64,000 bases of DNA from Escherichia phage A5-4, in the sequence record OP744025; one strand, 5' to 3'. A program made the position numbers and the translations under genes. This document shows, in pieces, positions 18,106 through 26,447 of the stretch. How positions within the stretch are numbered: position 1 is the stretch's first letter; each line of letters starts with the position of its first letter. The notes under the pieces were generated by a model. It searched no databases, was not told the DNA's origin, and saw only the letters and a list, made by a program, of their open reading frames with translations.

Positions 18106-18357
18106 ATGATCGAACAAATCAAAACTACGACGGCTAACGTAACGGGTACAATATCGCACTTTATTAGTGATGAATCGCGGGGCGTTCCTTATTGTGCAGT
18201 ACATGTAAACAAAAATGGCGACTACTGGTTAACGGCGTATGGATCTTATTCTTTCGGACGTAGTGCACACCAAAAGATCCTGGATAAAGTACAACCAACG
18301 GGTAAAAATATTACCGCTGAGATGTTTAATAAATCACTTGCAAAGTTAAAAGCGTAA
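18106..18357 (+). CDS. hypothetical small early protein
   Basis: cassette 18025-18084 upstream. Confidence 0.55.
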   Translation: MIEQIKTTTANVTGTISHFISDESRGVPYCAVHVNKNGDYWLTAYGSYSFGRSAHQKILDKVQPTGKNITAEMFNKSLAKLKA

Positions 18358-18397
18358 AGTATAATACATCACATCAGGCGGGGAGTGTTTCCCCGCC
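18338..18397 (+). promoter_or_regulatory. promoter + 5' stem-loop cassette
   Basis: TTGCAA, 16 nt, TATAAT, ACATCACATCAGG, hairpin GGCGGGGA-GTGT-TCCCCGCC. Confidence 0.6.
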
Positions 18398-18418
18398 ACA
18401 AAATGAAAGGCCAACAAA

Positions 18419-18598
18419 ATGAAATCAAGCATGATGGTAGCGACTGTAAACATTATCATTGGTAACGGAACTGGACACCACGAAATCATAAAAAACAAGG
18501 CTTACTCTATTAGCTCCCTCAAAAACGACATGCGTTTATCTTTGGGCCAAATCCGCGCTTACTTTCGTGAAGGCTATCAGAAAAAAGTAGCAAATTAA
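18419..18598 (+). CDS. small hypothetical protein (59 aa)
   Basis: cassette 18338-18397 upstream; not in track. Confidence 0.4.
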   Translation: MKSSMMVATVNIIIGNGTGHHEIIKNKAYSISSLKNDMRLSLGQIRAYFREGYQKKVAN

Positions 18599-18601
18599 TA
18601 G

Positions 18602-18630
18602 TTGACGCAAAGGTCATTTTAATTTAATCT
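18602..18630 (+). promoter_or_regulatory. sigma70-like early promoter
   Basis: TTGACG, 17 nt, TAATCT. Confidence 0.45.
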
Positions 18631-18658
18631 ATAACAAATCGACAAATGAGGCATAATC

Positions 18659-18961
18659 ATGTTTACCAAAGCAAATGAGTATTTCTTTTTAGATTTACTT
18701 GATGAAAGTATCTTTGTAGCTATGGGCAAAAAGTCAATGGTCTTTAAACGCAAAAAAGATAATGGTGACTTTGAAGATAGCGAAGCCGTGCTAACAGTCA
18801 AGGAAGGTAGAGATCCTGCTACGTCTGTTTTAATCTACACCTTGACCAACGGCGGTGAAGTTATCGCATCAGGTAGTAGCCATCCGATCCCAAAATCGGA
18901 AGTGAACACTGTAATTATTGGTTTTGTTGTAGCTTGTTTCTACGAGGAAAAAAGCAAATGA
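18659..18961 (+). CDS. hypothetical small early protein
   Basis: promoter 18602-18630; GAGG RBS. Confidence 0.55.
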   Translation: MFTKANEYFFLDLLDESIFVAMGKKSMVFKRKKDNGDFEDSEAVLTVKEGRDPATSVLIYTLTNGGEVIASGSSHPIPKSEVNTVIIGFVVACFYEEKSK

Positions 18962-19122
18962 ATCCGCAAAATTTATCTTATGTAAACTGGCCCAATAAGG
19001 CTGAGAAGAAAGAAAACTTGAAACGTCTGGTTAACTTTTATCGTGAAGCTGGTCATAGTAAAGTAACAGCGGTTAAAATGGCAAAGCGCCACCTTAACAA
19101 GCCAAGTACTAAACTAATTTAA
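18958..19122 (+). CDS. small basic protein
   Basis: ATGA overlap with upstream gene; track ORF start 18934. Confidence 0.45.
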   Translation: MNPQNLSYVNWPNKAEKKENLKRLVNFYREAGHSKVTAVKMAKRHLNKPSTKLI

Positions 19123-19129
19123 AAACTTG

Positions 19130-19165
19130 TTGACGTTGGCTTGTGCCGTACCTATAATGGACGGC
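19130..19165 (+). promoter_or_regulatory. promoter with hairpin overlapping -10
   Basis: TTGACG, 17 nt, TATAAT inside GCCGT...ACGGC inverted repeat. Confidence 0.55.
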
Positions 19166-19193
19166 ATAGGCAAACGAAATAGGATTTATAGAA

Positions 19194-19400
19194 ATGAAAA
19201 AGAAAATTGTATATAATATTATTAGCTTTATCGCAACTATCCTCCTGGCTATTGCTGGTCTATCTTTGATTGTTGCAGTAGGATCTCTGTTTCCTGGGGC
19301 AATAAGTATTAGCATAGCTTTCGCCGCATTGTCTGTTTTTACAGGGTATGCAGGGATTAAAGTTACTTATTGGTCAGAAGATTACAAATATTCAAACTGA
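19194..19400 (+). CDS. small membrane protein
   Basis: two hydrophobic helices; cassette 19130-19165 upstream. Confidence 0.55.
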   Translation: MKKKIVYNIISFIATILLAIAGLSLIVAVGSLFPGAISISIAFAALSVFTGYAGIKVTYWSEDYKYSN

Positions 19401-19413
19401 ATTGAGGTGTAAG

Positions 19414-19563
19414 ATGTACAAGCTATTAACCTGGGAAACAGAATCATCGTCACCGATCAGCCGGACCTTTTTTGATTTGTGCACGGCTTACAGGCTGGCA
19501 AAGGGAGGGTATCATAAGGCCCAAATCATTGATGAATTTAATGTTATCCTTTATGAATTTTAA
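19414..19563 (+). CDS. small hypothetical protein
   Basis: track start 19348; ATG 19414 after GAGGTG preferred. Confidence 0.4.
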   Translation: MYKLLTWETESSSPISRTFFDLCTAYRLAKGGYHKAQIIDEFNVILYEF

Positions 19564-19610
19564 TCAATTCATATACTTAAAAGAAAGTTAGAAAAAGTTT
19601 TAAAAAGTGG

Positions 19611-19639
19611 TTGCAACAGGTATTGGATAGTAGTATAGT
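19611..19639 (+). promoter_or_regulatory. sigma70-like early promoter
   Basis: TTGCAA, 17 nt, TATAGT. Confidence 0.5.
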
Positions 19640-19692
19640 ACTTTCAACGGGGCGAGATGGCCCAAAACGAAAAAACTTGAAAGGTGATTATC

Positions 19693-19785
19693 ATGATGGC
19701 AATTTTCTTAATTTCTCTTCTGGTCGCTGTATGTTCTGCCACTGCTGCCGCTGTACTTTATGACACCCGCTACAATGAGGAATAA
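19693..19785 (+). CDS. small hydrophobic peptide (30 aa)
   Basis: promoter 19611-19639; AAGGTGA RBS; not in track. Confidence 0.3.
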   Translation: MMAIFLISLLVAVCSATAAAVLYDTRYNEE

Positions 19786-19790
19786 TAAAA

Positions 19791-20009
19791 ATGAATATTG
19801 TCAACATTACAGGTAAGACCGAGATCCTTAAGAATCTTGCGCCAGGTGAGTCCACCGTATGGATCTGCAAAGATGGCGAAGTAGAAAAACAAATGAGATT
19901 GTTTACCGCTATTTGTTGTCGGTTAAATATGAAAGTTACACAAATCCGATCGATGATTGTTAGTGTGGGAAACATTCCGACTGAATGCATAATTCTTACA
20001 AAGATTTAA
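19791..20009 (+). CDS. hypothetical small early protein
   Basis: ORF track; GAGGAA RBS. Confidence 0.5.
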   Translation: MNIVNITGKTEILKNLAPGESTVWICKDGEVEKQMRLFTAICCRLNMKVTQIRSMIVSVGNIPTECIILTKI

Positions 20010-20085
20010 AAATAGCTTTACAACAACGATAAAATCAGTACAATACAAATCAGGCAATAAAGCCAACTAAAGAAAGGTAAAGACC

Positions 20086-20325
20086 ATGCAAACTATTATC
20101 ACTAAATTTCTTCCTCCTACGAATACCCGTGGCGCTCGCATCAAAGCAAAATGTTGGTTGACAGATATCACTATCGCCTATCCGGTAGCCGAGATCAACG
20201 AAGCCCATAAACTGGCGGCAGAAGTGTTAATTACAAAATTGAAGATGACAACAGATATTGATTGGAAAATTGTTGCAAGTGGTGAAACACCGGACGGATC
20301 AGGTTATGCATTTATCATCAAATAA
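20086..20325 (+). CDS. hypothetical small early protein
   Basis: ORF track; AAAGGTAAAG RBS. Confidence 0.55.
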   Translation: MQTIITKFLPPTNTRGARIKAKCWLTDITIAYPVAEINEAHKLAAEVLITKLKMTTDIDWKIVASGETPDGSGYAFIIK

Positions 20326-20328
20326 TTG

Positions 20329-20384
20329 TTGACAACAGCAAAGTAAGCGCGTAGTATTCATTTTACAGGGGCGACAAGCGCCCC
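20329..20384 (+). promoter_or_regulatory. promoter + 5' stem-loop cassette
   Basis: TTGACA, 17 nt, TAGTAT, hairpin GGGGCG-ACAAG-CGCCCC. Confidence 0.6.
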
Positions 20385-20393
20385 GCTTATCAG

Positions 20394-20675
20394 ATGAGAC
20401 AAATCATGAAAATATCATTGGACGTTGCAATCAAGGCCATCGAATCCGGTTACACTCTGGTTAAGGACGATAAGGCTAAAATCGTGCATCACGTTAACAA
20501 GGAAACAGGCGAAAGCATGATCACATATAAAGCCGCCTACTTTCTCCAATCAGTAGCAGATCCGCGCCTGCAACGCCAGGTTACGGCGGCTATCGCTAAA
20601 AAATTATGTGCTTTACAGGGTACAAGTTTTAACGAGATCGCCCCGTGTTTTGATTGGTCAAGCTTGAAAAAATAG
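20394..20675 (+). CDS. hypothetical small early protein
   Basis: cassette 20329-20384 upstream; start 20394 or 20406 uncertain. Confidence 0.5.
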   Translation: MRQIMKISLDVAIKAIESGYTLVKDDKAKIVHHVNKETGESMITYKAAYFLQSVADPRLQRQVTAAIAKKLCALQGTSFNEIAPCFDWSSLKK

Positions 20676-20676
20676 T

Positions 20677-20733
20677 TTGACAATACGCAGTTATCTGGTA
20701 AAGTGTACTACATAGCGCGGAAATACTTCCCGC
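20677..20733 (+). promoter_or_regulatory. promoter + 5' stem-loop cassette
   Basis: TTGACA then imperfect hairpin GCGGAAATACTTCCCGC. Confidence 0.45.
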
Positions 20734-20752
20734 CATTAATGAGGATAATTTA

Positions 20753-20890
20753 ATGAAAACTTTCAACGCAACAGCCTCGACAATTGGTTATATTATTACA
20801 GTGCAAGCCGTAGATCTGGTAGCAGCAGCAAACAAGATTAAAAGAATGATCCCGCTAGGTAGTGAATTTTCCGTTTGGGAAGTAAAATAA
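20753..20890 (+). CDS. small hypothetical protein (45 aa)
   Basis: cassette 20677-20733 upstream; GAGGA RBS; not in track. Confidence 0.4.
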   Translation: MKTFNATASTIGYIITVQAVDLVAAANKIKRMIPLGSEFSVWEVK

Positions 20891-20893
20891 TTC

Positions 20894-20955
20894 TTGACAA
20901 TAGTTTGTTACTTGATAGAATGTATTTCGTAGGGCGGGGCAATGGAGCAACGCCC
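20894..20955 (+). promoter_or_regulatory. promoter + 5' stem-loop cassette
   Basis: TTGACA, 16 nt, TAGAAT, GTATTTCGTAGGGCGGGG...CGCCC. Confidence 0.55.
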
Positions 20956-20973
20956 ATTAATGAGGCTAGCATC

Positions 20974-21078
20974 ATGTTAGAGAAAATTTTCACGGTTGCA
21001 GTGGTTGGCCTGGCGTTATCGGTTGGAGTGGTTGCAACTATGGCTAATATGATCCTATCTTCCCACGGTATCGGTTAA
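20974..21078 (+). CDS. small membrane peptide (34 aa)
   Basis: track start 20875 inside promoter; ATG 20974 preferred. Confidence 0.35.
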   Translation: MLEKIFTVAVVGLALSVGVVATMANMILSSHGIG

Positions 21079-21090
21079 GAGAGACACATC

Positions 21091-21477
21091 ATGAAAACAG
21101 AAATCATTATTGAAATCATCAACGGTTACAAAGAGGCTTTTATCTTTGCTGAATCAGCCAGGAATCACGAAGGTGATTTTATAGATGACATGACTGATTA
21201 TGATTTTTCAGATCAAGCCCAGCAACGGATCATTCGTGACGTGGCGGCTTTTTGTGACGCCAATGATGCCGCTATCTCTGAGGCAATGAGCGACGGCGCA
21301 ACAGCCAACCAGATCGGGAATGATTTACATTTTACCCGTAACGGTCACAGCGTAGGCTTTTGGGATCGCCCTGAGATATACACTACTAACACGGCTAACC
21401 GTTTGACCAATGCCGCTAAATTTATGCCAAACGTGTCAGCCTACATTGGGAAAGATAATCTGATTTATATTGAATAA
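21091..21477 (+). CDS. hypothetical early protein
   Basis: 128 aa; AAGAGAGA RBS. Confidence 0.55.
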   Translation: MKTEIIIEIINGYKEAFIFAESARNHEGDFIDDMTDYDFSDQAQQRIIRDVAAFCDANDAAISEAMSDGATANQIGNDLHFTRNGHSVGFWDRPEIYTTNTANRLTNAAKFMPNVSAYIGKDNLIYIE

Positions 21478-21483
21478 AAAGTA

Positions 21484-21538
21484 TTGACAAGCTGAATCAA
21501 CCTGACAAGATGTATCACATAGGGGCGATAAACGCCCC
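21484..21538 (+). promoter_or_regulatory. promoter + 5' stem-loop cassette
   Basis: TTGACA ... CAAGAT GTATCACAT, hairpin GGGGCG-ATAAA-CGCCCC. Confidence 0.55.
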
Positions 21539-21558
21539 ATAACAGAAAGGGTAATCTT

Positions 21559-21753
21559 ATGACGTTAGCAACATGTACCGGATCAAAAATTGCTTGCTTT
21601 GAGTTTATGGAAGACTACCACACGACCGCAATCACTGACCAATATATTACAGTGATCACGCGTGACGGTATCGCCTGGCATGTTCCGGTTTATGATGGGG
21701 ATACCTATGAAGTCACCGACAGCGACGGCAATACAGCTATCTTTGTTGTCTAA
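21559..21753 (+). CDS. hypothetical small early protein
   Basis: cassette 21484-21538 upstream. Confidence 0.55.
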   Translation: MTLATCTGSKIACFEFMEDYHTTAITDQYITVITRDGIAWHVPVYDGDTYEVTDSDGNTAIFVV

Positions 21754-21765
21754 GGGGGAAACACT

Positions 21766-21993
21766 ATGCACAATAACATCATTACCGATCGTGCCGCCAC
21801 TATGCGCCCTGGCGATCGGGCACGTTTACAGGTTGGCGCTTATCCGTTCCCTACTTATGACTTTTGCAAGGTGACGGCAGTCGAAAACAATCCCTTTGAT
21901 CCTGATACCGTGATCATCTGGTACGAAGGAAGGGGAAATAAGTATGAAGATGTTTTATGGCGGGATGAGCATATCAACATTATTCGTTACTAA
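21766..21993 (+). CDS. hypothetical small early protein
   Basis: GGGGGAA RBS; ORF track. Confidence 0.55.
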   Translation: MHNNIITDRAATMRPGDRARLQVGAYPFPTYDFCKVTAVENNPFDPDTVIIWYEGRGNKYEDVLWRDEHINIIRY

Positions 21994-22111
21994 TCGCCAC
22001 CTAACAGCCTAAATAGTAGGAGGTAATGCAATCCCCTACTCAATGAGAATGGAGCGCCCTGGCTTATGCTGGGGCGTTTTATGTTGTATGGAAATAATTT
22101 AGAAAATAAGC

Positions 22112-22168
22112 TTGACGCCGGGAATGTTAGCGCGTATAGTTTATCACATAGGGCGGCAATAGTGCCGC
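22112..22168 (+). promoter_or_regulatory. promoter + 5' stem-loop cassette
   Basis: TTGACG, 17 nt, TATAGT, TTATCACAT, hairpin GCGGCA-ATAG-TGCCGC. Confidence 0.6.
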
Positions 22169-22188
22169 TCATAATTGGAGTAGAGATC

Positions 22189-22362
22189 ATGGCAATTCTG
22201 GCGAAAGATGTAAAAGTAGGTATGACCTTTAATGATTGTGAAGTTGTCTATGTTGCCGCGCACGGCGACGGTATCATTACCATTGAAACAGAACACTTTG
22301 ATCGAGATTGTGGCGAGATGGAATATTTTTCTTGCGAGTATCATGAAAACGATGAGTTTTAA
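22189..22362 (+). CDS. small acidic protein (57 aa)
   Basis: track start 22066 spans promoter; ATG 22189 after GGAG preferred. Confidence 0.45.
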   Translation: MAILAKDVKVGMTFNDCEVVYVAAHGDGIITIETEHFDRDCGEMEYFSCEYHENDEF

Positions 22363-22366
22363 ACTA

Positions 22367-22421
22367 TTGACACTGTAAGTAATTGTGTTAATATTTTTGT
22401 GTAGGGCGGCAATGTTGCCGC
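22367..22421 (+). promoter_or_regulatory. promoter + 5' stem-loop cassette
   Basis: TTGACA, 16 nt, TAATAT, hairpin GCGGCAA-TG-TTGCCGC. Confidence 0.6.
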
Positions 22422-22442
22422 TCACTGACTGGAGCTATCACC

Positions 22443-22844
22443 ATGACCTTTACAATCACCTCTTACACTGACGTTGCCAGCATTGCTAAAACTTTCGGCC
22501 CTGAAGCCCTTAAATATGCGGTATCCAATGGTAATCTGACAAAAGAGGAATGTTATCTGATTGGAAGCTGTAAACGTTGGGCGGTATCTCGTAACATCGA
22601 GATTGAAAACGTAAATGATGGCAACATCGAATATAGCGTTGATGCAGTATTCCAAGTTGTTGATTTAGGTGGTATCTATAATACCAATCTTAATGATGTG
22701 CGTATCGTTCGCACTGGCTTTGGGGCTTATGATGTTCCAGTTCGTGAAGCTATGGAAAAAGGTTATATTAATCCAGCCATTTTAAGCATGATCATGACTG
22801 AGGCCAAACAACGTAACGAGATACGGGCTATCCTGGGCCTGTAA
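22443..22844 (+). CDS. hypothetical early protein
   Basis: cassette 22367-22421 upstream; GGAG RBS. Confidence 0.6.
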   Translation: MTFTITSYTDVASIAKTFGPEALKYAVSNGNLTKEECYLIGSCKRWAVSRNIEIENVNDGNIEYSVDAVFQVVDLGGIYNTNLNDVRIVRTGFGAYDVPVREAMEKGYINPAILSMIMTEAKQRNEIRAILGL

Positions 22845-22865
22845 TGAAATATTAATGGAAAACTA

Positions 22866-22917
22866 TTGACACGGATCGTCAATATGCTAATATTTATCAC
22901 GTAGGGCGGCAACGCCC
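22866..22917 (+). promoter_or_regulatory. promoter + 5' stem-loop cassette
   Basis: TTGACA, 16 nt, TAATAT, TTATCACGTAGGGCGGCAACGCCC. Confidence 0.55.
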
Positions 22918-22943
22918 CAGATTAATAAAAATAGGAAATAAAT

Positions 22944-23150
22944 ATGACTACTTCAATGATCAGATCTTCCGACATTAAAAAGGCTTTATCTGCATTGCGT
23001 TATCATCATAGAATGAAAGTAATCAACGATGAGAGCTATCTAGATTCATCGTTAGAAAGCGATACGTTGGAAGCCATTTCAAAATTATCTGATTTGCATA
23101 AACGCATGACCGAAAGCAACCGATCCGACTTCATAGGGGGCGAAATATGA
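22944..23150 (+). CDS. hypothetical small early protein
   Basis: cassette 22866-22917 upstream. Confidence 0.55.
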   Translation: MTTSMIRSSDIKKALSALRYHHRMKVINDESYLDSSLESDTLEAISKLSDLHKRMTESNRSDFIGGEI

Positions 23151-23407
23151 GCATTGCAATGTTAATCAATACCGTAGAAGAGGCGAAAGCATTAAAGTTA
23201 CGTGTTGAACTGATTGATCAGCCAGGTGGAGATCTCCTTGTACAAATCTATCCCCCAAAGGATGATTCTGGCGCTTATGATTGGTGCTACTCTGACACGT
23301 TCGAACAAGTAGACATTAAAGCAATAACATCATTTATCAATAGGGCTATACTTGAGCAAACGATAGAACTTAACGGGATGTTAAAAACACCCTGGCACAT
23401 TTACTGA
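23147..23407 (+). CDS. hypothetical small early protein
   Basis: ATGA overlap; followed by terminator 23419-23444. Confidence 0.55.
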   Translation: MSIAMLINTVEEAKALKLRVELIDQPGGDLLVQIYPPKDDSGAYDWCYSDTFEQVDIKAITSFINRAILEQTIELNGMLKTPWHIY

Positions 23408-23418
23408 GTTCGACAAAA

Positions 23419-23444
23419 GGGCTTGACTTGTTCAGCCCTTTTTT
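23419..23444 (+). terminator. rho-independent terminator
   Basis: GGGCTTGACTTGTTCAGCCC followed by TTTTTT. Confidence 0.7.
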
Positions 23445-23584
23445 GCTATTCTTATCAAACGGGCGGCACCTGGGAACAGGGGGGAGGTAATCACTGGACG
23501 ACTCCGCTATATAGTGATAGTAAATAGCTATCAATAATCTCCAAAAATAAAATAAAACCTATCGAGTCTTTACAATTCTTTCTA

Positions 23585-23613
23585 TTGACACAACAACCGC
23601 ATTACAGTATTAT
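23585..23613 (+). promoter_or_regulatory. strong sigma70-like promoter with no ORF downstream
   Basis: TTGACA, 17 nt, TATTAT, then ATCTCGTAGGGCAGCG start region; no ORF of 60 aa or more for about 350 nt. Confidence 0.55.
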
Positions 23614-23886
23614 TTATCTCGTAGGGCAGCGAAGCAGTGATGTAAAGTAGTTACTCTATGATGTAAGTTCTGAGAAGTCGAATCCGATAAAGTATCAGAA
23701 AGTTTCTAAGTTTTCGAATCGTCCAGATGAAAAAGGCTGGCAAGTGTTGAGAAAGGGCACGTTGAGTAAGTCCTGAACAGGGGCGCTCCTAGACACCTTC
23801 TACTGAGATTGCGATCGAAGTGTTAAACTGTGAGAAACGATAAAGAGTACCAGGAAAGAAAGAAGTAAAAGAAGTGAAAAAGATTG
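23614..23886 (+). ncRNA. candidate non-coding transcript (promoter-driven, ORF-free)
   Basis: lies between terminator 23419-23444/promoter 23585 and next promoter 23887; only stop-rich frames; no structure or homology evidence. Confidence 0.25.
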
Positions 23887-23916
23887 TTGACACGAAGGTA
23901 AGTTTTGTACTATTAT
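23887..23916 (+). promoter_or_regulatory. sigma70-like early promoter
   Basis: TTGACA, 18 nt, TATTAT, ATCTTGTAGGGCA. Confidence 0.5.
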
Positions 23917-23960
23917 CTATCTTGTAGGGCAAACTTCAAGAACATTAAAAAGGGTACAAA

Positions 23961-24236
23961 ATGTTACAGCTTAACGCCAAATTAGACAAAGAAATCACTG
24001 AGTTTTGGGATATGGTAGTGGCTACAGATGTTGACGGTGTAGCAAGTCCTTACCTCAATAACATTGAGTATCATAATGTTGCAGCTATGAATGCAGAATA
24101 CGCAGAAGAAGGCGGCGCGGATAAGTTTGCTAAAAGCAACGGTTTCACTGATGCTAACGACATGATGCAATCAGTTTTGTGGCAAGCCCAGGAAGATTTT
24201 GAAGAAAAAACTCTTGAATTCGCCAGACGTTCATAA
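23961..24236 (+). CDS. hypothetical small early protein
   Basis: promoter 23887-23916 upstream. Confidence 0.55.
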   Translation: MLQLNAKLDKEITEFWDMVVATDVDGVASPYLNNIEYHNVAAMNAEYAEEGGADKFAKSNGFTDANDMMQSVLWQAQEDFEEKTLEFARRS

Positions 24237-24291
24237 TAGAATAATCAAACGGGCCGAAAGGCCCACTAATTGACCTAACAGGATTAACATC

Positions 24292-24561
24292 ATGAATCGC
24301 ATCGACCAGCTTAAAGTAGTTCAGCATATGGCTTACCGTATCCTTGAAGTTCAGAAAGGGAGCAAAAAAGAAGTATGTGAGAAGGCTTATAAGGTATTCA
24401 GCCACAAAGCTGATGATTGGAAGTTGCAGAAAGTAAAAAAGGCCGATATCCTGGGATACCTTGAAGAAGAGATCCGCATTGCAGACCAAAAACAGATTCG
24501 TCGTGATGAAGCAGAACATAACCAGGCCTGGCAAGAATGGTTTAAAGGCTACACTAAGTAA
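24292..24561 (+). CDS. hypothetical small early protein
   Basis: ORF track; hairpin 24251-24264 upstream. Confidence 0.5.
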   Translation: MNRIDQLKVVQHMAYRILEVQKGSKKEVCEKAYKVFSHKADDWKLQKVKKADILGYLEEEIRIADQKQIRRDEAEHNQAWQEWFKGYTK

Positions 24562-24624
24562 AATTGAAAACGGGGGGCCATATGGTCCCTTTGTAAATAT
24601 TCCATTAATTTACAATTCTCCCTA

Positions 24625-24654
24625 TTGACAAGAAAGTCAATTTTGCAGTATAGT
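24625..24654 (+). promoter_or_regulatory. sigma70-like early promoter
   Basis: TTGACA, 18 nt, TATAGT. Confidence 0.5.
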
Positions 24655-24694
24655 TATATCTCTAGCAGCAAACAACAAAACAAAGGACAACGAC

Positions 24695-25114
24695 ATGAAC
24701 ATCAAATCAACTAATCCGGCTTACTCTTTCGATAACGCTTTTTGTCACGGTAGCGCCGCCAAAGGTTTTGAAATTGATGGTAAACTGGTTATCGTCAATG
24801 TTGATGGGGAAGAGGTTGCAGTTTATCCAGTGGCAGACGTTAAAAGCCGTTTACAATGTCGCATGGACGTTAATGAATACCGCCTTGATCCGGTTCGTGT
24901 CGTTGCCCTGGTCCTGGAAGAAGAAATTAAAGCAATGCAGCACGGTAATAAGTTTATTGGTGATGCACAGGACAACATGAAAGTAAGCCGCCACAAAGTT
25001 AATGAAGCACTGAAAGATTTTGGCTTTAAAGACCTGATTATCAAACGTGATGAAAAATTCCGCTTTCGTAATGATCTGGCAAATCGCTACTATGAAATCT
25101 ATGAAGCACTTTAA
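24695..25114 (+). CDS. hypothetical early protein
   Basis: 139 aa; promoter 24625-24654; followed by terminator. Confidence 0.6.
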   Translation: MNIKSTNPAYSFDNAFCHGSAAKGFEIDGKLVIVNVDGEEVAVYPVADVKSRLQCRMDVNEYRLDPVRVVALVLEEEIKAMQHGNKFIGDAQDNMKVSRHKVNEALKDFGFKDLIIKRDEKFRFRNDLANRYYEIYEAL

Positions 25115-25131
25115 GAGGTAAGACAACAAGG

Positions 25132-25153
25132 GGCCGCAATAGCGGCCTTTTCT
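25132..25153 (+). terminator. rho-independent terminator
   Basis: GGCCGC-AATA-GCGGCC followed by TTTTCT. Confidence 0.7.
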
Positions 25154-25154
25154 A

Positions 25155-25183
25155 TTGACACCTGCTAACCATTCCTTTAATAT
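25155..25183 (+). promoter_or_regulatory. sigma70-like early promoter
   Basis: TTGACA, 17 nt, TAATAT, GCATCTTGTAGGGCA. Confidence 0.55.
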
Positions 25184-25234
25184 GCATCTTGTAGGGCAAG
25201 CAATAACGCAAGCCCACAAATAGGACAAACCATC

Positions 25235-25432
25235 ATGACCATCGCTAATCAACTGATCGCCGTATTGAATGAAGCCAAATCTAATGAAATCGATGTACAG
25301 ATCAAAGAATTGCCCAATGGCCTGATCGGTTGCACTTGCACCTGCTTCGGAAGTGACTACACAGAGGTAAGCTCTCTAGAATCTCTCATTCGTCACTTGA
25401 AATCAATAGTTGAAGATTGGAGAATCATCTAA
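25235..25432 (+). CDS. hypothetical small early protein
   Basis: promoter 25155-25183; last rightward gene before repeat region. Confidence 0.55.
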   Translation: MTIANQLIAVLNEAKSNEIDVQIKELPNGLIGCTCTCFGSDYTEVSSLESLIRHLKSIVEDWRII

Positions 25433-25442
25433 TCAACCAGGG

Positions 25443-25460
25443 GCCGCAATAGTGGCCCTT
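25443..25460 (+). terminator. terminator-like hairpin ending rightward small-gene array
   Basis: GGGCC-GCAATAGT-GGCCC then TTGTC; weak U-tract. Confidence 0.4.
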
Positions 25461-25664
25461 GTCATGTCCATCGGTGCGACTCTCCCAACTCTATTAATCC
25501 CTTCCCCATTTGGATCATCATAACTTATCTCATCTAATCATTAATCTAATCCCCTTTGGAATCTCTCCCCCACAAATCTAAACTAATCTGATAGCTTACC
25601 ATAACATAATCCACAAAGAAAGAACTATTTTGCCCACAAAGAAAGGCAGTTTTAAAGAGATACC

Positions 25665-26085
25665 ATTGCCAGAGTATGGAGGTGGCGCGACCGTAGGGAG
25701 CGACACTATAAAACGAGTATACCCCTCCTACCGCCCTGCGGTCATCGGTGATAACCGATAACATACTGTTATCTGTTCTCTTCGTTTCCTCGTTTTATAG
25801 TGTCTATATGTAGTAATCTTTTATTCTTTGTCAACAGATTAATTGGCTTATAGACAATTATTTATAGTGATTTATTATGCATAGTTATTGATTATGTATG
25901 CAATAAGGATACAATAAGGATACAGTAGCGGTAGTGTAGCGACGCTGTAAATATCAACAAAGAGAGGCCGTATTTGCCCACAGAATGAACAAGTAAGCAG
26001 GGCGGTACGCCCTTTTGCTAGGTAAAACTCTCTTCTCTCTTCTTTCCCAAATAAATTTTTTCTTGCTTTTATTGCCAGAGTATGG
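25665..26085. repeat. dispersed direct repeats ATTGCCAGAGTATGG (x2) and TTTGCCCACA(A/G)A (x2)
   Basis: copies at 25665 and 26071; TTTGCCCACA motif near 25630 and 25973. Confidence 0.55.
26000..26016 (+). terminator. terminator-like hairpin inside non-coding region
   Basis: GGGCG-GTA-CGCCC followed by TTTT. Confidence 0.45.
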
Positions 26086-26447
26086 CGGGCGCTCAGGCTA
26101 TTGATGGCCCTGATGGAGTCGCTCCTGCACAGTTGGGATAGTTCATCGTTGGATAGTCACAAGTTGGTATTATTCTTCCCACTAGTTGGAACAGGCCAGG
26201 CCTGGCAAGGCTTAGAGTCGCCTCACTTGTTGGACGGAAGGAGGGCGCTTGCGGTGCGTATAAGTTGTATTATGTTAAATGCAGATCGAAATTGGTATTC
26301 TAAACCAGATTCAGAAGTCAAGGGAAATCTTTAACTTTATTGTTGGAGTAGCACAACATTTTTCTTGACAAGTCGAATCAAAGATGTATTGTGGATTGAA
26401 AATAAATGAAGATAATGCTTGACTTCTTGGATATTTTGAAAACATCG

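Noticed and set aside
23680-23740. Possible tRNA genes suggested by TCGAATC motifs in the ORF-free transcript region
   Set aside because: Flanking sequence cannot form T-arm stems or an acceptor stem; no cloverleaf could be drawn. tRNA genes elsewhere could still be missed by eye
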